A DNA stretch of 64,000 bases from a virus. The stretch lies in the IMG/VR virus record IMGVR_UViG_3300042197_000370; one strand, given 5' to 3'. Below are positions 46,641 to 56,452 of the stretch, piece after piece (within the stretch, counting starts at the first letter, position 1; each line of letters starts with the position of its first letter). Below the pieces are notes generated by a model, which saw only the letters and a program-made list of their open reading frames with translations, was not told where the DNA came from and searched no databases. The position numbers were made by a program, and so were the translations under genes.

Positions 46641-48034
46641 CTGAATCTACGAATTTTAGTTTTTGATTCTGCTACTTTCTTTGCAGGTTCTGCTGTAGCA
46701 GGTCTATCAACGAATCCGGGCTTTTCTGCTGGCGCCGCACTAGGTGCTTTAGCATCAAGTCCTTGTGTAGGAGTACCTGTTGTCAATTCTTTCATTGTTT
46801 CAGCATAGAGTTTAGCATCGACACCCTTAAGTCTAGTCATTGTACTCTTCACCAACTCAGCCATTTGATGACTATTCATAGCAGTTTGGGCTGGTTGGGC
46901 AGCCGCTTGTGACTGTGCAGCCTGTGCTGGTTCTGCAGCCTTTTCGGCGCCTGCTGTAGAGGCTGGATCTGCACCTTTACCTACAATATTTGCGGCGCCT
47001 GCAGGAACATTACCCTTAGACACTGCATAACTTACTTGTGCTAATTTTTCTAATGCTGCCTGACCTCTGTCTTTACCGTAAGTTGCTTGTACTGCATCAA
47101 TACCCTTATCAATAACTGCTTGATTGACAGTATAGTTGACACCCTTCATATACTGTGGGTACCATTGATTTTTTAAGTATTGTGAAATACTAATCTTACC
47201 AGTATCACCTGCTTCTAAAATGCTTTCGAAAATGTTATTAAGTTTTACATAACGTGATTCTACTATCATGTATTTCTTGCTAGTAGACTCTAACAACACT
47301 GATAATCCTAAATCAGTCCATGTCAAACCTGCACCTTCAATCAGCATATTCAAGTAATAAATCTTCCAACCTTCCTTCAATCCTGCTGGGTTCAAGTCAA
47401 GACGTTGACCTGCACGTAGTTTCTGAATTGCGGCAGTTGCAAAATTAGGATCAGCATTTTTCTTTAATACATATTCCGCAGTCTTTAATGCGTTACCCCA
47501 CTCAGGGTAATCTTTACGGTCTGCCATAAAGTTGACTAGTTCTTTAGTCAAAGCAATCTTTTGCGCCTTATCAGTTACCTGACTTAATTGCTGTGACACA
47601 CCCTTAACATAGTTGTTTAAATTCTGTGTAGACTGTTGCTGTTGCTTATACTTTCCAGTAGCCATGTTTGTGCCTGTTTTAGGCAATCCGCCGGCTGCAG
47701 GAGTAGTTGTTGCAGTAGGAGTAGTTGGTGCTGTAGGTGCTGTTGCACCGGGTACAGTTGGTTCGGGCTTTACCCCTGCTGGGTTAACTGGAGTAGCAGT
47801 TTTAGGTTTAGCATTTCTTAATTTGGGGTCTACTAAACCACCCTCAATAGATGTTTCTAGTGAAGATATCGCATCACCTACGAAATCCTTAATGAACATA
47901 TCCTGAGCCATTTGCTGTTGTACTGTTTTACCACCTGCTTGGCCGGTCATTTTCTTAAGAGCAGCGGAACCGTAGTCTCCGATTAAACTGCTTAGTCTAA
48001 GTTCTTCTAGTTTTTTAAATTCATCTAGTTTCAT
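46637..48034 (-). CDS. Internal head protein, A/P/T-rich linkers
   Basis: Several hydrophobic-x-E sites (LKE, LIE, LLE, IVE, IFE, ILE, VAE). Confidence 0.5.
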   Translation of the reverse strand: MKLDEFKKLEELRLSSLIGDYGSAALKKMTGQAGGKTVQQQMAQDMFIKDFVGDAISSLETSIEGGLVDPKLRNAKPKTATPVNPAGVKPEPTVPGATAPTAPTTPTATTTPAAGGLPKTGTNMATGKYKQQQQSTQNLNNYVKGVSQQLSQVTDKAQKIALTKELVNFMADRKDYPEWGNALKTAEYVLKKNADPNFATAAIQKLRAGQRLDLNPAGLKEGWKIYYLNMLIEGAGLTWTDLGLSVLLESTSKKYMIVESRYVKLNNIFESILEAGDTGKISISQYLKNQWYPQYMKGVNYTVNQAVIDKGIDAVQATYGKDRGQAALEKLAQVSYAVSKGNVPAGAANIVGKGADPASTAGAEKAAEPAQAAQSQAAAQPAQTAMNSHQMAELVKSTMTRLKGVDAKLYAETMKELTTGTPTQGLDAKAPSAAPAEKPGFVDRPATAEPAKKVAESKTKIRRFR

Positions 48035-48037
48035 GTG

Positions 48038-48271
48038 TTATTTCCTTAAGGATTTCGAAAATCTTTTTTGATCTTTACTTTTTATAGCACTAAGGAGTTT
48101 CTTTTCCAGCAGTTCCGCCTTTTCGGGGTCATATTTCCTATTGATTAATTCAATAAGATTAATGGCGCTGGTTATCACATTTAGAGCCCTGGATTCAATT
48201 ACGTGATTGAAATCTCGGTTAGCCCCAATGGATTCTAATTCTTCCAATAGGCTTCTTGTTTTCTTTTGCAT
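48038..48271 (-). CDS. Small conserved hypothetical protein
   Basis: 77 aa; TAAATA at 48291-48296. Confidence 0.75.
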   Translation of the reverse strand: MQKKTRSLLEELESIGANRDFNHVIESRALNVITSAINLIELINRKYDPEKAELLEKKLLSAIKSKDQKRFSKSLRK

Positions 48272-48314
48272 ATGTTTAAGATCCTATTAGTATTTAGTCA
48301 AAACGACAGCAATT

Positions 48315-49721
48315 CTATTTCTTTAGAGAATTTAATAATGACTTAAGTTTAGTACTTTGAATGTCGGCCACAACACGTTTTTCTTCTGGTTCTACGGTAT
48401 TTTGAATAGTATCATTAACTGTACTTGTAGCCTTAATTTTATTCATTATATCGTTGGCCGACGGCTGTGCGTGCCGTTGTCTTTCATGACCCTCAGGATC
48501 GGGGTCTGTAATACGTAGTGTTTCAGTGTTGAATTCCAATTCTATCTTCTGACCTACACCTGAACTACTACGTGTTTTCATTAATTGTAATTGATACTGG
48601 CCACGCTCACGCATGCTACGGCTAGTAAAAATACCAAAAACATTGTCCGCAGTATTAATCTTACTAATACCACCTGAGATATGACTGTGATCAAATTCGA
48701 TTTCTTCAACTGCTGATCTGTTAAGTTGACTTGCTGTGACGAATAAGACATTTAATTCCTTTGCTAGATTTCTAAGTTCTTCAGATACATACTTATCCTT
48801 TACGAACAAGTCGCTTGGACTTACTTTTGCGCTGACTGGCATGATCAAATCAAGATAATCGATACATAAGAAATCAATTTTCATTCCTGTTTGTATCTGC
48901 AATTCTTTACAGTATGCTCTAATATCATTAACTGTGCTTTGCGCAGGGAGATACTTAATACGTAACTTACCTGCTTTCTTAGCAACCATTTTAACTTTCA
49001 TTTCAACATTATCAATGTCTTTGAAAATTTCACGGCTACTAGTCTCAGTCATCATACTGTCAATACGCATACTACATAGACCTTCACTAAGTTCTAATGT
49101 GATGTATACACCACTTAGTCCTGCTTGTGCCCAATTGACTGCTAGATTCTGCATAAACAAACTTTTGCCTGATCCACTACCACCTGCAAAAATTTGTAGT
49201 TCTCCTCGATTGAAACCACCATATAGTTTTTGATCCATACTAGGCCAACCTGTACTGTTCTGTCCATTATTACTTTTTAGTGCCATAAGTCTTGCTCGTG
49301 GATCAGCAAAGTAATCAGTACCCATATCACGCTGTAGTGAAATCTGAACTGCGTCCTTAACCAGTTTCTCTACAGGGTCATACTCGCCCTTCTCAAGCAA
49401 ATCGGCTGCTTTAAGAATAGCCCTCTCAAGTTCTTGTCGTTTAGTGAATGCTTCAAATTCTTCTAAGAACCATTCATAATGTCCATCATCTAATTCTGCT
49501 ATAGTTTCTATTTCAATACCTGTAGTAGCCTTAATCTGTACAGGCTCAGGCATCACATTATATTTCTTACTATGCTCTGCTATAAATTCTGCAACTGGAC
49601 GCAATTTTCTATCAAAGTTCTGCGAGTTCATAATATTCATGACCCGAGTATATAATTCTGCGTTAGTTACCATCATGCGCAAAAACAATGTTTGCACATC
49701 TACATTAAACTCTTTTATCAA
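48315..49721 (-). CDS. DnaB-like replicative helicase (gp41-like)
   Basis: GGSGSGKS, ITLELSE, IDYLDL, TASQLNR, QLMKTR. Confidence 0.94.
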   Translation of the reverse strand: MIKEFNVDVQTLFLRMMVTNAELYTRVMNIMNSQNFDRKLRPVAEFIAEHSKKYNVMPEPVQIKATTGIEIETIAELDDGHYEWFLEEFEAFTKRQELERAILKAADLLEKGEYDPVEKLVKDAVQISLQRDMGTDYFADPRARLMALKSNNGQNSTGWPSMDQKLYGGFNRGELQIFAGGSGSGKSLFMQNLAVNWAQAGLSGVYITLELSEGLCSMRIDSMMTETSSREIFKDIDNVEMKVKMVAKKAGKLRIKYLPAQSTVNDIRAYCKELQIQTGMKIDFLCIDYLDLIMPVSAKVSPSDLFVKDKYVSEELRNLAKELNVLFVTASQLNRSAVEEIEFDHSHISGGISKINTADNVFGIFTSRSMRERGQYQLQLMKTRSSSGVGQKIELEFNTETLRITDPDPEGHERQRHAQPSANDIMNKIKATSTVNDTIQNTVEPEEKRVVADIQSTKLKSLLNSLKK

Positions 49722-50673
49722 GTTTCCTCCGTTGCATTTCTACTTTAATCTTACTATTTGTTGCGTTTTGTAATATACTTAGTAACGTAGGCAGTCGCCC
49801 GTATTTAACCACTGCATCGTTAACGTCTTTGCAATTATCCCAATTGGGTATACTAACATGAAAGCCCAATTCTAATGCTCTATCACATACTGTTAATCCT
49901 GTTTTATCTTGGTCAGGTACAAATATAATTTTACGATTTAATTTTTGTAACACCTCAACCTGATCATCATTTATTGTATTGTGTGTTAATGCGCAACAAT
50001 TTAAACTTAGTGCGTCAAATATGCCTTCTACTAAGATACACACTTCCCACTCAGGTCTTTGTAAATCATAACCAAATATATAACCGGGCTGTTGCTCGTT
50101 AATGAATTTAGGCTTACGATCATCTAAGTATCTGCTAGTATGTCCTACAATTTTATTTTCAAATGTGAAGGGTATGATAATTCTATTTGCTTGACGACCT
50201 TCAGCATCAGGTGTTACTAAGAAAGGATATTCGTTGTGCTTGATACCTCTCTTATTCAAATACTCTACAAATACATTGTGAACAGGATTAAATGGATCGA
50301 TGATTTCACCCTCAGGCAAATGCATCTCTTTAAATTTAACCTTAGACTTTTCTTTTTTAACTTTTACAAAGTCAAGCAAATCTTTATGTTGTAAACTTTC
50401 TAAGTTCCAACGATTAATTTGTTGCTCATCAATACCGCACCATTGTAAAAACTGTTTTGTGTTTCGTGTTATACTCTTGCCTAACATGAAGCCACATTTG
50501 AATCCACAGTTGAAACAATGAAAAGACCAATTTTCACCATCTTGCTTGATACCACCTCGTTGTCTTTTATCGGGTTTATGCCCACGATTGTGACAGCACG
50601 GCGCATTGAAACTATACCAACCACTTTGTGTATGTTTCTTTCTACCGGGGATAACTGTAAGGATATCAAGCAT
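49705..50673 (-). CDS. DNA primase (gp61-like)
   Basis: N-terminal Zn finger (CCH..HCFNC), TOPRIM VEGIFD and PDQD. Confidence 0.92.
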   Translation of the reverse strand: MLDILTVIPGRKKHTQSGWYSFNAPCCHNRGHKPDKRQRGGIKQDGENWSFHCFNCGFKCGFMLGKSITRNTKQFLQWCGIDEQQINRWNLESLQHKDLLDFVKVKKEKSKVKFKEMHLPEGEIIDPFNPVHNVFVEYLNKRGIKHNEYPFLVTPDAEGRQANRIIIPFTFENKIVGHTSRYLDDRKPKFINEQQPGYIFGYDLQRPEWEVCILVEGIFDALSLNCCALTHNTINDDQVEVLQKLNRKIIFVPDQDKTGLTVCDRALELGFHVSIPNWDNCKDVNDAVVKYGRLPTLLSILQNATNSKIKVEMQRRKLDKRV

Positions 50674-50679
50674 CATGTA

Positions 50680-50707
50680 ATTATAACATGATCCTGCGTA
50701 AAATCAA
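50680..50707 (-). promoter_or_regulatory. sigma70-type promoter of primase
   Basis: TTGATT-N16-TATAAT with TGn extension; 6 nt to ATG 50673. Confidence 0.65.
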
Positions 50708-50721
50708 CGTATGTTGGATAC

Positions 50722-51504
50722 TTATCTTGCCAAAATGTTAGTGACTGCGCCCGTGTTACTGGTGAACACCATACGCACAAATGGATGATACCCTCTAATA
50801 GTATATCCAAATGTATCAGTAACATTACTGTATGCAGTGGTAGTGATAGGATACCACTCACCACCTTGGTTATCTACGGATCCTTCAATAGTTACGTCAC
50901 CATTGAACTCTGTATAATGAGCCTGTAATGTTAATATTGGATTATCTGTGGTATTAATTATGCTACTATAATAGGTGTTAGCGTTTGGCAATACATTGCT
51001 AATACTATTGTTGGCATCCAAATTAGGGAAAGGTTGGCCAGTAGGAATAGTAACTGATTCGGATGGTACGAATGCAGGAAGAACACTATTAACGATATTC
51101 ATCTCACCACGTGCTCCTGCGTTTTGATCTACAAATACAGGATAGTCAAACTGCCCTACTGGAATCTCTAATGAATAATAGCATTTCTGTGCATCAATGT
51201 CCTCTAGGTCTGCGGCGTTCAATTGTAATACTGCTAGTCCATTAACAGGAAGGGTCAACGTAAGTGCTTTTCTTAGTAATACTTGAGTACCATTATAACT
51301 AATGATTCTACAGGTAATCTCTTTTCCTGTAATATCTACGGGTTTCTGCTCTTGGTTCAAAAACTGAAACTGGAGTTGGTTATCAACTCCCTTATGTAAG
51401 GTTAGGGGTTTGGCATAGACTGGCATATATTTCCTCGGCGAGTTACCTGAAAGTAGTACAACGATGTTACGTTGAAAATAATAGAATACTGATGTAGAGT
51501 ACAC
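50722..51504 (-). CDS. Virion/baseplate beta-sandwich protein
   Basis: LTLHKGVDNQLQFQFLNQEQKPVDITG BppU-like pattern; GTG start with SD; TAAATA at 51523-51528. Confidence 0.55.
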   Translation of the reverse strand: MYSTSVFYYFQRNIVVLLSGNSPRKYMPVYAKPLTLHKGVDNQLQFQFLNQEQKPVDITGKEITCRIISYNGTQVLLRKALTLTLPVNGLAVLQLNAADLEDIDAQKCYYSLEIPVGQFDYPVFVDQNAGARGEMNIVNSVLPAFVPSESVTIPTGQPFPNLDANNSISNVLPNANTYYSSIINTTDNPILTLQAHYTEFNGDVTIEGSVDNQGGEWYPITTTAYSNVTDTFGYTIRGYHPFVRMVFTSNTGAVTNILAR

Positions 51505-51596
51505 AAGTTGGCTCCTTACACATATTTATTCTATATTTTATTAAAATATTTGTTTCGGATAAGGGTGATTAAATAACAGCAGTAATTAAGAAAAAG

Positions 51597-51977
51597 ATGA
51601 TTTCACACGATTTTTTCAAAAAGTTAAGCGAGAACCACCCCTTTATAACAGTCTGTTCCTATGCCAGTCAAGATTATGTAGGTATTATACAGAATAGGGA
51701 CGATACTTGTACATCATTATACGACTATGGCGCAATCGTTGATAATGACTTAAAGACTAGATTCCTAGAACTAGGCGATACTTGGTGGTGGGAAAGCAAT
51801 AGACTAGTACCCATAAATTTATTCCTTAAGGAAGAATGGATGGTTTTTAAACCCTACCTAAGAACCTTCAATAATAAGAGTTTAGAGATAATACATGGAC
51901 CTGTGTGTAGTATGATGGAACTACATAAACGCAGGTCTAAACGTAGAAGCATAACGTTAGTAAAACGTATGCCTTAA
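51597..51977 (+). CDS. Conserved hypothetical protein
   Basis: 126 aa; TAAATA at 51570-51575. Confidence 0.75.
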   Translation: MISHDFFKKLSENHPFITVCSYASQDYVGIIQNRDDTCTSLYDYGAIVDNDLKTRFLELGDTWWWESNRLVPINLFLKEEWMVFKPYLRTFNNKSLEIIHGPVCSMMELHKRRSKRRSITLVKRMP

Positions 51978-52456
51978 CCCTTACGCTTGCGTCTTTCTTT
52001 CGCTAGTTGTAGTCCTAGTTTAGCAACTTTAGTATCAAAGCATATACCATTTAAATGGTCAAACTCATGTTGAAATACCCTCGAGGGTAAATCTCCTAAT
52101 TCTTGTTCGACTACATTCCCTGACAATTGCTGATACTTGACCTTAACTGTCTCTGGTCTTTTAACTGTTAACCAAAGTTTAGGGAAACTCAAACAACCCT
52201 CTTGGGCACGATTCTCCCCACTTGATTCTAGTATCTCTGGATTGATACAGACAATTAATTTCTCTTGGTTGCCCATAAGAAATATACGTTTCTTTACTCC
52301 ACATTGCGGTGCTGCCAATCCTATGCCACCGCTCTCAAACATTATCTTAGTCATAGCCTTGACTAACTCAGTGGGGTCTCCGTCTGTTTCAAAGTTCCAT
52401 GGTTCTGAAACTTCTCTTAACTGCGGATCATCTTCTTTAAGTAATTTGATTTCCAT
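51974..52456 (-). CDS. def: Peptide deformylase
   Basis: GGIGLAAPQ, EGCLS, QHEFDHLNG. Confidence 0.96.
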   Translation of the reverse strand: MEIKLLKEDDPQLREVSEPWNFETDGDPTELVKAMTKIMFESGGIGLAAPQCGVKKRIFLMGNQEKLIVCINPEILESSGENRAQEGCLSFPKLWLTVKRPETVKVKYQQLSGNVVEQELGDLPSRVFQHEFDHLNGICFDTKVAKLGLQLAKERRKRKG

Positions 52457-53027
52457 GTTCCCTCAACAAATTCATATGTACTACAACTAACTGTGCATAA
52501 GCAACAGCATGACTACGCTTAAAACTATAACCAGTGTGATCTTTGTCCCACACAGTTTGATTTATATCTTTATATGTTCTACCAATTAAATGTCTCTTTG
52601 CAGGTCTAATGACTGCAAGAAACATTGCCAATCTAGGTATACTATTAATAGACTCAGGCATCTTTAACAATGTATCATATTGATTACCTAAGTGTATCAA
52701 CTGTTCTACAATATTTCTATGATTCAACATAGTCCAGTCGGGTTCACGCATCAGTTCTATCAAATGCTCTTCACTACGAACCTGATTATAAATGTGAACG
52801 TTTAGTAAGTCTAATTTAAAATATCCACGATCCTCAGCAACTTCATAATGTAGTGCTGACATATTATTAATAGGATCATATGGAATTTCTGTAACATAGA
52901 TACCAGTGGGATGTTTGCGTATAGGGGTAATATTACGCATACTGGCAGGAATATGTTTTATCAATGATAAAACTTTATCTCTATCACCTACGTCAATATC
53001 AATATCACTTTGAAATTTCATAACCAC
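52437..53027 (-). CDS. dnaE: DNA polymerase III alpha-like fragment B (catalytic aspartates)
   Basis: SDIDID (PDFDVD), RKHPTGIY (KHAGGVV), GYFKLDLL (GLVKFDFL), LAVIRPA (ALFRPG), GYSFKRSHAVAY (GYGFNKSHSAAY). Confidence 0.88.
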   Translation of the reverse strand: MVMKFQSDIDIDVGDRDKVLSLIKHIPASMRNITPIRKHPTGIYVTEIPYDPINNMSALHYEVAEDRGYFKLDLLNVHIYNQVRSEEHLIELMREPDWTMLNHRNIVEQLIHLGNQYDTLLKMPESINSIPRLAMFLAVIRPAKRHLIGRTYKDINQTVWDKDHTGYSFKRSHAVAYAQLVVVHMNLLREHGNQIT

Positions 53028-53242
53028 GATAAACTAAACAATATTGCATCCTGTTCATTTTTAAATTCAAATCTATACTTGCCGGATATTGTTCTACCGC
53101 CCCAAAAACAACACCATATACCTTCTCTGTTATCTATAGCACTCCAGCGTTCACCAAATTTTTCTTCACACCATTTTATCTGCTGATAATGACCTGTGGT
53201 AGGTTTTGACGGACTTAATATAGTATACCAACCTTTCATCAA
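53018..53242 (-). CDS. Small Trp-rich paralogue family member
   Basis: WCEEKFG...FEFKNEQDAILFSLSW. Confidence 0.75.
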   Translation of the reverse strand: MMKGWYTILSPSKPTTGHYQQIKWCEEKFGERWSAIDNREGIWCCFWGGRTISGKYRFEFKNEQDAILFSLSWL

Positions 53243-53784
53243 ACCAATCCAAGTTTTTTATATGCTTGTTGTACTACGATTGCTTGCCTTTCCGCATCTT
53301 CGACGGCTTTGTGACTTGTGACATGTCCTCCGTCTTTGAGTTTAACTCCCGCAACTTCGTATAAAGTCCTAGTATCTCTAATAGTGTAAAAAGGCCAAGG
53401 AATAGGATTAGGCTTATCATTGAGTACCTGTCTAAAGGCTGTCTCAGCAACAACCACATCAAATGAAGCACCATTGCTCCAAACAGCACGGCGGTTCCAA
53501 CAAAACTTATAAAGGGTCTCCATGCACTCTCTAAATGATGTGCGTCCCCTGTCTCCCAATGCTTCTTCCAGTGCCTCAGGGCTCTGCTCAGACCACCAGC
53601 GTAAAGTATCATCGTTAATCACCCTATTGTATGTTTCAGTTTGCTCTTCAATGGTAGGACGCAATTCTAACTTCTGTATTACTCCAGTACCTTTAGGATC
53701 AAATCTTACTGCGCCTATAGTTAATATAACACAATACGGAGACGTATCTAATGTCTCCATGTCAATCATTATGTCATTCGCCAT
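53239..53784 (-). CDS. DEDDh 3'-5' exonuclease
   Basis: MIDMETL (ExoI), NGASFD (ExoII), HKAVEDA (ExoIII). Confidence 0.9.
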   Translation of the reverse strand: MANDIMIDMETLDTSPYCVILTIGAVRFDPKGTGVIQKLELRPTIEEQTETYNRVINDDTLRWWSEQSPEALEEALGDRGRTSFRECMETLYKFCWNRRAVWSNGASFDVVVAETAFRQVLNDKPNPIPWPFYTIRDTRTLYEVAGVKLKDGGHVTSHKAVEDAERQAIVVQQAYKKLGLV

Positions 53785-53785
53785 A

Positions 53786-54040
53786 TCAGTTTTGCCACAT
53801 TTCCCACATTGTAATTAATCTACTAGACCACAGTGTTATTTGAACGTGCTTTCTACCGCCCATAAAGTCCCATCCATCACCGCGATCACCAAAGTTTCTA
53901 CGACACCAACTAATAACTTCTTTAGGATCACCCTTTACAGTAAATGTTACACCGTTTGTATCACGTGGGTTTTTACGTATAACATCTACATATTCAATTA
54001 CGGGATGAAAGTTACCTAAACTAGGAAAATTATTTGCCAT
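53786..54040 (-). CDS. Small Trp-rich paralogue family member (divergent)
   Basis: EVISWCRRNFG..W..; start at MANNF. Confidence 0.7.
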   Translation of the reverse strand: MANNFPSLGNFHPVIEYVDVIRKNPRDTNGVTFTVKGDPKEVISWCRRNFGDRGDGWDFMGGRKHVQITLWSSRLITMWEMWQN

Positions 54041-56078
54041 TACTTGTCCATACATTATCTATTTTAGTTACTTCTTCAATTATACTTGAATCTAAATAAT
54101 TTAGCAAGAGTGCTGGGCGTGGCCGATCTAGTGGATTGGGCATACTGCTATGTAATAGCCTGCAATTATACATTAATACGCATCCTTTGGGTAAAGTAGG
54201 CTGTAACATATTCTTTAAGAACCATTCATTATAATGCCCACGGTAACACAAGTTGATATCATGGTCTATCTTTTGACTGTGTGGTGCAATACCTGTGCTA
54301 GCACTATTTCTATCCATATCATGTAATGCTACAATAACTTGTACACCTAATAAGTTTCTATCGTAATTCCACTTTCTAAAACGATGCGGGGTGTCTACAT
54401 GTGGGCTAAACCAAGTCGAGTGCGAATCTATTGTTACAATATCACTTGCATAAAATTTAGCAGTCGGCAAATATTGTCTAACATATGCACCTAAAATTTT
54501 ATCAACCTCTTGCACTTCAGGCCAATCCATAACTGTTTGACTCCACCAAACACTTATGTTAGGTAGATTTTTTATATCATTACGCTCTGCATACTTTTTA
54601 TCTCTACTACTAGCACGTACAGGATAGCATGTAGATAATTTAGATACTACTTTGTCAATAAGATCATTAGGTATAATATTATCTGTAATGACATAACCCG
54701 GACCGTCTACTAAATCATTGATTACATTTTCTTGTAATGAGCCCGGAACGTAATAGTCCCCCGGAATAATACCCGCCTCCCAAATCTTTTCTAGTTCATT
54801 ATGTAACTCAGGAATATAATCCTTAATGTGTCTGTTTCTAAATTTATCTGAATTAGTTATAAAATGTTTCCCCTGTGATAGATATGTTGAATCAATCAAT
54901 TGTGGTTCTTCTAACCAACGCATAACAATTTTAATAGATTCTATCAATCCATGATTGATAGTCTCATTAGGATGTTCAGACAAATAGTTGTCGATAAAGT
55001 TCAATAACTCTTGTCCCTTAACTAAGCCTTGTTTTCTATATTCGGGAGTTAACAAACTTACTAAGGCATACAAGGGATGTGACACACGATTTACAAAACA
55101 TCCATTGTCATGCGCTAATGTTCCATCTATTTTTTTATACTCTAATCCTAAGTGCAACCAAAATTCAAATAAATCCATACACTGTATTGCGTTAAACAAA
55201 CTAACTGTACAACTTAATCCTATACTGAATGTAGTTTTACTTGGGTCGTCCATACTTTCTTTCACCATAGAAAGAAAAGTTCTTAGATTGGATTCAATTT
55301 TTGACCACTTAAAAGGATATCTAATATACTCATTAGTTTTTTGGTACCCATCGATAGATACTGAAACATGGACTCTACCAAATTGTTTCCACAACTCAAC
55401 TAACTCATCAGTGATCCCAGTTAGATTAGTTACATAACTAAGTCTAATTTTTTTACTACGGCCCTTTTCTATTAAAAGTTTTAGAAACTCAATATGCTCT
55501 TCTGATATAGTAGGTTCACCGCCTATTAAACTAATAGCAGTTACATTAGGAAAATCTTCTACTAATTTTTTAGCAGTAGTATCATCGATGCAAATACGAT
55601 TAAATTTAAATTGTTGCTCGGGCTTAATAGCCCATATTTTATTCCACTCTTCAGTCCAAAAGTCACTTAAGTCTGAACTACATGTCATGCACTTACTATT
55701 GCATTTCGTACCAAATGTTAAATCTAAGTAACGTATATCCTTTGCGTCAACATGATCGACTACCGGAATAACATGCTCTTGCAATCCTTTATTCCATATG
55801 GTACGCATTGATCCAATACCATTTTCCTCTGCTTCCTTACAGTTACCGCATGCTTCAGGCCATTCACCGTTAATTAATTCTTGACGTAATTCTTTTAAAT
55901 TAGATGCATTAATTCTTATATGAGGGTCTGCACCTAATACACCGTGATCATAATGACCGTCTTTATACATCTTCCAATGATTGGTTCTAATACCACAACA
56001 AGGTATATACTCACCGTATGAGTTAATAGATGCTGATCCAAATGCTAAGGAACAGTATATAGGTTTTTTTACTTCCAT
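54030..56078 (-). CDS. Radical SAM (with Cys-rich auxiliary cluster region) fused to PhyH-type Fe(II)/2OG dioxygenase
   Basis: YC..PCC..CGNC, CNSKCMTC, GGEP; C-terminal PHVDTPH (HxD), LLHSS, RPALLLNY. Confidence 0.85.
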   Translation of the reverse strand: MEVKKPIYCSLAFGSASINSYGEYIPCCGIRTNHWKMYKDGHYDHGVLGADPHIRINASNLKELRQELINGEWPEACGNCKEAEENGIGSMRTIWNKGLQEHVIPVVDHVDAKDIRYLDLTFGTKCNSKCMTCSSDLSDFWTEEWNKIWAIKPEQQFKFNRICIDDTTAKKLVEDFPNVTAISLIGGEPTISEEHIEFLKLLIEKGRSKKIRLSYVTNLTGITDELVELWKQFGRVHVSVSIDGYQKTNEYIRYPFKWSKIESNLRTFLSMVKESMDDPSKTTFSIGLSCTVSLFNAIQCMDLFEFWLHLGLEYKKIDGTLAHDNGCFVNRVSHPLYALVSLLTPEYRKQGLVKGQELLNFIDNYLSEHPNETINHGLIESIKIVMRWLEEPQLIDSTYLSQGKHFITNSDKFRNRHIKDYIPELHNELEKIWEAGIIPGDYYVPGSLQENVINDLVDGPGYVITDNIIPNDLIDKVVSKLSTCYPVRASSRDKKYAERNDIKNLPNISVWWSQTVMDWPEVQEVDKILGAYVRQYLPTAKFYASDIVTIDSHSTWFSPHVDTPHRFRKWNYDRNLLGVQVIVALHDMDRNSASTGIAPHSQKIDHDINLCYRGHYNEWFLKNMLQPTLPKGCVLMYNCRLLHSSMPNPLDRPRPALLLNYLDSSIIEEVTKIDNVWTSNGK

Positions 56079-56452
56079 CTTAATTCAGTCCACATTTTTT
56101 CTGCTTCATCACGCAAGTATATATTCATCTTGTGATCTTCTGTATGCCAGCACCAAGCAGGATTTAACTTTATACCTTCTGGATCCATATCTTCCATGTA
56201 CAGATATTGCTCACGCTCTACACTCATTCCCCAAGTCTCTATACACCAATCACGTATTTCGTTGAATGCTTTAATTTTTGGCGCTTTGTGCAGTGATATG
56301 ACTTCAACCATATACTTGAAACTAGGGTAGCCAGTATAACGTGCATCCATCTTTACAAATTTAAATCTAACAGGACTATCTATCCTTAAAGGTTTAGACA
56401 TTATTCTTGACGCTGATAATATTCGTTTTTTCATCACTGTGTTTATTCCCAT
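56069..56452 (-). CDS. Small Trp-rich paralogue family member
   Basis: EIRDWCIETWG...IYLRDEAEKMWTELRW. Confidence 0.75.
   Translation of the reverse strand: MGINTVMKKRILSASRIMSKPLRIDSPVRFKFVKMDARYTGYPSFKYMVEVISLHKAPKIKAFNEIRDWCIETWGMSVEREQYLYMEDMDPEGIKLNPAWCWHTEDHKMNIYLRDEAEKMWTELRWK

Noticed and set aside
4625-53027. Trans-splicing split intein joining the DnaE halves
   Set aside because: Fragment A ends at EEFLK and fragment B starts directly with polymerase motifs; there are no intein N- or C-terminal blocks.
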